Assembly: GCA_038087875.1 (NCBI GenBank)
Contig: CM075992.1
Span: 7,070,001 to 7,134,000, forward strand
Reading direction: 5' to 3'
Length of the DNA stretch: 64,000 nt
From: Malacoraja senta
Taxonomy: Eukaryota
In this document: piece by piece, positions 49,901 through 58,900 of the stretch
Layout: each line of letters opens with the position of its first letter
Position numbering within the stretch: position 1 is the stretch's first letter
Translations under genes and position numbers: made by a program
The notes under the pieces: model-generated
What the model saw: the letters and a program-made list of their open reading frames with translations, nothing else
Told to the model about the DNA's origin: nothing
Databases searched by the model: none

Positions 49901-52900
49901 TCCCAACAGCATCAATTTCACCAAATAACATCTGTATTCAATAAACATTACTAAATATAAATGAAGAATTTTACTTTGGGTCACTAACCTTCTTCTTTTC
50001 CTTCACATCATACAAGGCCAGAACTCCAAATATCGGCTCAATTTCAATTTCAAACCTTTGTAAAAAAAGAGCAGAAAACAGAAATCAGTGGCAGGAGGAG
50101 CATCAGTTCCTGCTGCCTGCAATCCTGTTGTGATATATACGTGTACAGATCCACCACCGATTTTACGGCACACTTGCCTTGCAAATGTTATCCGTTTTGA
50201 GTTGAGTATAGGAGCAAAGAGGTCCTTCTGCAGTTGTACAGGGCCCTAGTGAGACCACACCTGGAGTATTGTGTGCAGTTTTGGTCGCCAAATTTGAGGA
50301 AGGACATTCTTGCTATTGAGGGAGTGCAGCGTAGGTTTACAAGGTTAATTCCCGGGATGGCGGGACAGTCATATGCTGAGAGAATGGAGCGGCTGGGCTT
50401 GTATACTCTGGAATTTAGAAGGATGAGAAGGGATCTTATTGAAACATATAAGATTATTTAAGGGGTTGGAGGCAGGAAACATGTTCCGATGTTGGGGGAG
50501 TCCAAAACCAGGGGCCACAGTTTAAGCAAAAGGGGTGAGCCATTTAGAACGGAGACGAGGAAACACTTTTTCACACAGAGAGTTGTAAGTTTGTGGAATT
50601 CGCTGCCTCAGAGGACGGTGGAGGCCGGTTCTCTGGATACTTTCAAGAGAGAGCTAGATAGGGCTCTTAAAGATAGCCAAGTCAGGGGATATGGGGAGAA
50701 GGCAGGAACAGGGTACTGATTGTGGATGATCAGCCATGATCACATTGAATGGCCTACTCCTGCACCTATTGTCCATTGTTTTGCCGGACCAACAGAGGAA
50801 TTGGGGGGGGCCGAGATATCGGCTTGCAAAGTTGGCCCCAGGTCAGCTAATGAGATCAAATCTGCCTGCTCTGGCCGGGGCAGAGTTCCAGAGCCCTGGC
50901 TGCAGGCGGCAAATTCCGGTGTCCCGGTGTGGTCAAGGTTGGCTGCCTCACCCAGCCTACGCACCACACTTTCGGTACGTCCGGGGGGATTACAAGTGCG
51001 CTCGGTGGCTAGTGGTGGCACAGCAGTAGAGTTGCTGCTTTATTGCGCTTTCAGCGCCAGAGACCAGAGTTCAAACCCGTCTACGGGTGTTGTCTGTACG
51101 GAGTTTGTACATTCTCCCCGTCGGTTTCCTCCCACACTCCAAAGACGTACAGGTTTGTACGCTAATTGGCTTGGTATAAATGTAAATTGTCCTGTGTGTG
51201 TGTAGGATAATGTTAATAAACGGGGATTGCTGGTCGGCGCGGACCTGGTGGGCCGAAGAGCCTGTTTCCGTGCTACATCTCTAAAACTACAACTAAAACT
51301 AAAGAGTGCTCTCGTAATTTTATCCTTATTAATGGCAAGACCACCAGTTGCCAGACTATGGGATTGAGTTCACTGATAACAATCAACAACATGCAGGCAC
51401 CCACTATCCAAGTTCAGAGACAATGCTTGCACCATTAAATATCAGCTTACAATTAAACTTTAGATGAACAACAGAAAAGCAGCAAAACATTTACAGTAGT
51501 GTCTGGTTTCTGCCACAATGTTTCAAAGACATTTGGACAGGTACGAGGATAGGAGAGGTTTAGAGGGATATGGGCCAAACACAGGCAGGTAGGGTTAGTG
51601 TAGATGTGGCATTTGGTTAGTGTGGGCAAGTTGGGCTGAAGGGCCTGTTTGCACACTGTATGATCCTATATAATTATCAATGGAAAATGCAGGAAATAAA
51701 CTATAAATTGTAGTGAGGGATCTGCAGAATTTGGCTGAACTCGGAATGAAATATTGCACAATGTTAGCTCTACCTAAACTTGTGATTTATTTGTCCATGG
51801 GTTAATATGGATTGTCCCATTTTCTGTTCAACACAACGTAGGGAGAAGTTACATTTTCTCAAGAGGTATTTACTCACTTCAACGACAGACACTTTACAAG
51901 AATTCTTTGCCCAAAATGTTCTTTCGGGACTTCAGGAATAGAGGATCGTTCTACAGCTTCATCCTGCCGGAAGAAAAAATATAATCAGTTTAGAAATCCT
52001 GTAAACTGGTGTGTTAACTTTCTTCATAAATTGACAAGGATTATTCTGGAAAGCTAATATATTATTTCATGATGGCTGGAACCATTTTCCGTTTCCTATT
52101 TGCAAGTTTTCTTCAGATACTGAAGCCAGCACTGACCATCAATAAAATGCCCAGAGTGGAGGTTGATCAGCTGGCAAGTTTCTAGACTTGGAACACCTGC
52201 TGACAAGCCCATTCTGTTAGCGCTTAGACTGGTTCAATATCTACGGCTTCCATATCAACAAGAGCAATCTTATTTCAGAGCAGAACAGTCAGGGCAGGGG
52301 ATAATGGAGAGTTATTAAGGTCAGGGGTGCCTGCTTGTGCAATTCATCCTCGGGCTAGCCCTTGACCGATTTTCAGTTCAGTTTAGTATATTGTCATGTG
52401 TACCAAGGTACAGTGAAAAGCTTTTGTTGCATGCTTCCCAGTCAGCAAAGACAATACATGATTACAATCGAACCACTACATGATAAGGAAATAACGTATA
52501 GTGCAAGGCAAAGCAGGCAAAGTCTGATCAAGAATAGTCCGAGGGTCACCAATGAGGTAGATAGTAGTTCAAGACTGCTCTCTGGTTGTGGTAGGATGAT
52601 TCAGTTGCCTGATAACAGCTGGGAAGAAACTGTCCCTAAACCTGGAGGTGTGTTTTCATACTTCTATACCTTTTGCCTGAGGGGAGAGGGGAGAAGAGGA
52701 AGTGGTCAGGGTGAAACTCGTGTTTGATTATGCTGCTGGCCTTGCTGACGCAGCGTGAGGTACAAATTGAGTCAATAGAAGGGAGGTCGGTTTGTGTGAT
52801 GGTCTGGGCAGCCTCATGTTGAAGCTGTTCATTCTGTTACCATGGAACACCAGACAGGGTTTTGACCCAGTCTCTTGGACATTAAAGGGAAATCAGCATA

Positions 52901-55900
52901 GACGCTCAGAGTAAGAAATTTGACCCCCTTGAGACGGTTCTGCTTTCCATTAGATTGTGTTTTAGCTGTAATTAACCAGTGTTTTTTCTTCCCCCTACTT
53001 CTTGATAGCTTTACTTACCGATCAAACTAATTCAAATTTTAATTAACCCAGTATTTTCAAGGTGTTTCAGATTTACTTTGTGTGAGGATGTGCTTCTTGA
53101 ATTCACTCAAAGAGGCACTTTAAAATAGTGATCTCTTGCTCGTAATTCTTCCTTTCAAAATAAATGACCTTATAAGTCATTTGATATATCTTTCAAACCA
53201 TTCCCTAACCATCATGGATCAATATAATCACTTTATACCTATATACCTAAACATTGCCTGTCTACTGCACAGTATTATCATTCAAAGTCAAATGCATCTA
53301 TAACAATACTTCTCACTATATAGTCAATGTAACTACAGCAGCCCCAATCATCAGCATTGGAGCCAGGTTGATGTGTATGAGTTAGTTTGTCAGTTGTTCC
53401 TGAGAGTGCGGGCTGAACAGCAACAAGACCAGTAGAAGCAGTAGAAAAGGGTACGAGTGCGACTTTTAAAAGACATTAGGCACATATATGGATGGGAAGA
53501 GTTTAGAGGGATATGGACTAAATACAGGGAAATGGGTCTCGCCTAATATGCCATCTTGTTGGGTGAGGACAAGAAGGGCTGAAAGGCTTATTTTCGCATT
53601 GTGCAACTCTTTGACTCTACAAGCCCTCTTATATTTAGTTTATTGAGGAGGCTCAGGACAGGCATGATGTCGTTCAGTAAACCTGCAGGTACAGCGGAGT
53701 AGGTAAAAGCCAGCAGGGAAACCACTGCTGGATGCTGCAGACCACAATACCATCACCACTGAGGCTAACCTCACCACTGCATCACCTACATCTGTCTCTT
53801 TAGTTGGTAACAAAGAAAGGGCAAAGTTTACAAAAATTCTTATTTCTGCTCTGCATTGAGAATACCTTAGCTATGAGAGAAAGTGACATGCTTCTTTGAA
53901 GTGATTATGATATCAGGGTTAGTGCCCAGGTTTTGTGATAGCCCTGTATATAATAGGAATATCATGTGGCCATTTGTGATAACATCCTGCTATCACAGCA
54001 TCCTGCTATACTGAGAACGGGAAGACTGCATGGATAAATTGCAAAACATTTTCAAGCAAACCTCTTTCTGATCATCGCTATCTGAGAAGATTAGACTTTT
54101 CTCATCTGTTGTCGGACAGGTTATTACATACTTAGTTTTACATACTCAGCATACTTAGTTTTCTGCCATTCCCCTGAGCGTGCCCTAACCCTGTGCTCGT
54201 TAGGTTTGGTTCATCTTTCGTCTTGTGAAGAGCAGAGTGCCTTTGGCTGACTGACACTTGCCACATGTATCCAGGAAGTGAATGTTACTGTGAGATCAGG
54301 TCTGAGGCAGCAGGAAGTTTAGTTCAGTTTAGTTTCGAGATAAAGCGCGGAAACATGCCCTTCGGCTCACCGAGTCCACGCCGAACAGCAATCCCAGCAC
54401 ACTAACACTATCCTACACACACTAGGGACAATTTACAATTTTACCAAAGCCAATTATCCCACAAACCTGTACGTCTATGGAATGCGGGTGGAAACCGGAG
54501 CACCCGGTGAAAACCCATGCAGGTCACAGGGAGAACGTACAAACTCCATACAGACATCACCTATAGTCAGGATCGAACCCGGGTCTCTGGCGCTGTCAGA
54601 CAGCAACTCAACTGCTGCGCCACTGTGCCAGCCCATAGGTATCAGGGACATTACAAGGCACATAATCATATTCATAACACACAAAGTGGCAGCTCTTGCT
54701 CTATCCCTTATAGTAAACCTTACCATCACAGATTATTCTGGTGACTAAATAAATTGCAATGGGTATTTCCCATTTAATGGGATAATTTTATCGCACAACT
54801 TTTCGAGAACAGGAAGGGTGTCAACTAAAGATGTGACTGGCTCCAGGTAACTTTGAATCTACGTTCAGAGTTACTAATCAGTGACCGGAGCTCAGTGGAA
54901 TAAATAGAACCATTTGCATTATAATAATTCACACTCGGCATAAACAGTCTTAAGGGAGATCAGGGGTAACTTTGATTCTTGTTGGCAGAATAATCCTCAG
55001 TTTTATATTATCGGAATCTCAATCCTTGTGGGCAACATTATAGTTTAACATACTGGGTGTAATTGTCGTGTCTGTGTGTGGTTGTTTCTGGGGAGGGTGG
55101 TTAAGATCATGCATCAAATAAATAATATTGACACTGTTGCACACTAGGGGGCATCAAAGCTCCCACTATTAAGGTTCCTTTAAAGATGATTTGAGGGCAT
55201 CAAAGCCCTTCAATTTTTTGTAAAATGGCAGAATTGCATTATCTAAGTTACTCAAGATGTAATTTATCAGGAAATGAAAATAAATTAGTTTACGAGATAA
55301 CATTTTTTTATTGCTTCTACTTTCTTTTCAGCAAGTTTAGTTTAGTTTAGAGATACAGCCTGGGAACAGGTCATTTGGCCACCAAGTCCACACTGACCAT
55401 CGATCACCCATTCACTGTTTCTGTGTTATCCCACTTTCTCAATGACTCCCTGCACACTAAGAGCAATTTACAGAAGCCAATTTACAGAGAACCTGCATGT
55501 CTTTCAGATGTGGGAGGAAACTGGAGCGCCCGGGGAAAACCCATGTGGTCACAGGGAGAATGTGCAAACTCCAAAAGACAGCACCGAGGTCAGAATCGAA
55601 CCAAGGTCTCTGACGCTGTGAGGCAGTGGTCTACTATCTACTCCACTATGCTGCATTTCTCCCACAACCCCCCAATTTCTTTAGAACGATCTACTGTTGA
55701 ATCTTTGCCTGGGATGAAACGGCACTCTGGAAGCTCCCCAGTGCTCCACTACTGTCATTGTTGTAAGCCAGTGGGAAAATACTTGCTATAATGTTCTACA
55801 CACTTGAATAACCAGATGATCTCAATGCCTGTGCTGTGCATGAAGGTGCTTGTTGAATATGCCTCTTCAAAGCTTAACCGCAGAACAGGAGAAGGGAGAA

Positions 55901-58900
55901 AATTAGTGTTGCACAATCTCTCAAGGCTGGTTCTTTTAAGAGCTATCCAGTGAATTCAAGCACCAATCTCTTTCCCCATAGACGTGCACATTTTCTAGCG
56001 TATATCTGCTGTGAACATGTTGTGCCTCAAACTTCAACAGTGTGATACAATAGGGCCCACACCTCATCAAACCTGCATTGACTCTTTCCAAGAACGCTCT
56101 TCCCTGTGTTCACAACTTCCTAGATTCCTTTCGTACTTCATGTATATGTTCAAATCCCCCACGAAAGCTACAATGAATTGCTCTGTACCACTCCATCGAC
56201 ATTAATTGCTATTACTGATTGCAAGGATCGAAAGGCACCGATCCTACGTTAAGGTTGGACCACAAGCAAATTATCTCCCTGTTGGATTGCAACCTTGTCG
56301 TGGTCGGGGGGCTTGTGTGTCTCAGTGACCCCTAGAGCTATGCCAGTGGGAGATTCGTCTACTGTTAGGGTCTCCCATGCTGGACAGGTCGAAGGGTAGA
56401 GGCGAGACGAAGGGTGATCCACTGGTCCTCCAGGTTGAAGGTTGAGCACAGGGCTAACAACCCTGTCTCGTAAAACAAATATGTTATGGAAACAGCAACT
56501 GAAGGAATCAGCACTACTGAGTGGAGGACCTTCGTTGCTGCCCTACATGCCAGGAGGCATAATAGGCAGTAAGTAAGTAAGTACAAGCAAATGATAAGCC
56601 ACATGTTTGTGATTACATAGGTGCTTCACATTATCACTTCCCTCCCCACCCCAGAGAAAGTTCTTTACCTCGTCTGGAGGTGGGAAGAGTGCCAGCACTT
56701 CCCCGTGTCGGTTTTCTTTCCTCTGCTCCCCATTGCGCTTGTCCACTTCGTCAATGGCCGTACGATCCAGAAGGCTGGGCAGCAGCGAGTCGGCGGTGGA
56801 GTTCTTCAGGTCAAAGATACTGGAGGCCCAACTCCCCCTCGGTGTGTCATCCAGAGACACCGATCGCCGCTTCAACTCATCCTACCGAAGAAGAGGTAGT
56901 CAGTTACTTGCAGCTTTCGTTAAGAAACATTCCCCATTTGTTCCTGCAGTCTAGCAGCACTTACCATCCAAGGAAGCAGATGTTGTCAAGCTTGAAAGGG
57001 TACAGAGAAGATTTACGAGGATGTTGCCAGGACAAGAGGGTCTGAGCTATAGGGAGAGATTGAGTAGGCTGGGACTATATTCCTTGGAGCGCAGGAGGAT
57101 GAAGGGTGATCTTGTAGAGGTGTATCAAATCATGAGAGGATTAGATCGGGTAGATGCATAGAATCTCTTGCCCAGATTAGGTGTATCGAGGACCAGAGGA
57201 CATAGGTGAAGGGGAAAAGATTTAATAGGAATCTGAGGGGTAACTTTTTCACACAGAGGGTGATGGGTGTATGGAACAAGCTGCCAGAGGACGTAGTTGA
57301 GGCTGGGACTATCCCAACGTGTAAGAAGCAGGTAGGCATATACTGTACATGGATAGGACAGGTTTGGAGGGATATGGACCAAACGCGGGTATGTAGGACG
57401 AGTGTACATGTTGGCCGGTGTGGGTAAGTTGGGCCGAAGAGCCCGTTACCACGCGGTATCACTCTATGGGTGAAATAAAAGGCAGGTAAAGTCAGCACTG
57501 TGAGAAAAGGAAATGTTAACATTTTAGGCATGCTACAAATCATAAAATATAATGCAGGAGGCCATTCTGACAAATTGCACAAGGACCAACTCTTTTAAGA
57601 AGCGTGGTGGGTGAATATACAATGAACACGAGTGCATGGTCTGCTATGCCAGGTGGCTGGACCATGGTGGTGCAGGCAAGGTGAGTGGTGCAGCCTCAAC
57701 AGGGTCCACAGTGGATCGTTGCTGGGGTAAGGTTGTGGTTGGTGATGTGAAGCTATCCTCTTGCAATTGCAATTTTGTATTCATAGATTGTGGTTAACCT
57801 TGATCCAAACAGATCAGTTAAAAAGATAGACACAAAATGCTAGAGTAACTCAGCGGGGCAGGCAGCATCCACGGAGAAAATGGAGAATCGGGTCTGAACC
57901 CTTCTTCAGACTGATAGGGGGGGGGGGGGAGGGTTAAAAAGACAAATTAATTAAGCAATGAAAGTGAGAGGTAAAAAAATTAATAGGGATCTGAGGGGCA
58001 ACTTTTTCCACACAGAAGATGATGGGTATTGGGAACGAGCTGCCAGAGGGAGTAGTTGTGGTAAATACCACAACAACATTTAAAATACTTTAGAACAAGA
58101 TAGGAAAGGTTTAGAGTGATGTGGGCCAAATGCAGATTAATGGGACTAATTTAGATCTGGTTGGCATGGACATGTCGAATGGGAAAGTTTATTTCCATGC
58201 TGTATGACTCTACCTGTAACTATTCAGTTAAGTCCAGAGCCTTATACATTTTCCTCTGTATATCTGCTTCTCTTTTGATTCCTTTGCTTCAGCTATTCAC
58301 TCTGTTCCTTTACTTTAAATGTGCATGATACTAGACCCACACATGCTTTACATGGTTCATTGCATTTATATCTGAAAAATCTGCATGAGAATTTAAAGAC
58401 TGAGCCTTTTGTGATGGTATGGTTCAGACAAGAAACTTGGCATCAGATGTGAATCATTGCAATGTTTCTTGAGGAACACTGAAACAACATGAACACCAAA
58501 GTGAGAAGAAGGGTCCCGACCCAAAACACCTCCTATCCATGTTCATTAGGGTTGTTGCCTGACCTGAGTCACTCCAGCAGACCGTAAAGTTGCTACCTTA
58601 CAGCGCCAGAGACCCGGGTTCAATCCTGACCTTGGGTGCTATCTGTACGGAGTTTGTGTATTCTCCCTGTGACAACGTGGGTTTTGCTCTGGTTTTCTCC
58701 CACATTCCAAAGACGTGCAGGTTGTAGGTTAATTGGCTTCTGTAAATTGGCCCTAGTGTGTAGGATTGTGTTAGTGTGCAGGGATCGCTGGTCAGCGTGG
58801 ACTCAGTGGGCTGAAGAGCCTGTTCCCACGTTGTATCTCAAAAGTCTAAAGTCACTCTGTGCCATTTTGTGTGTTAGCCAGCATCTGAAGTTCTTTGGTT

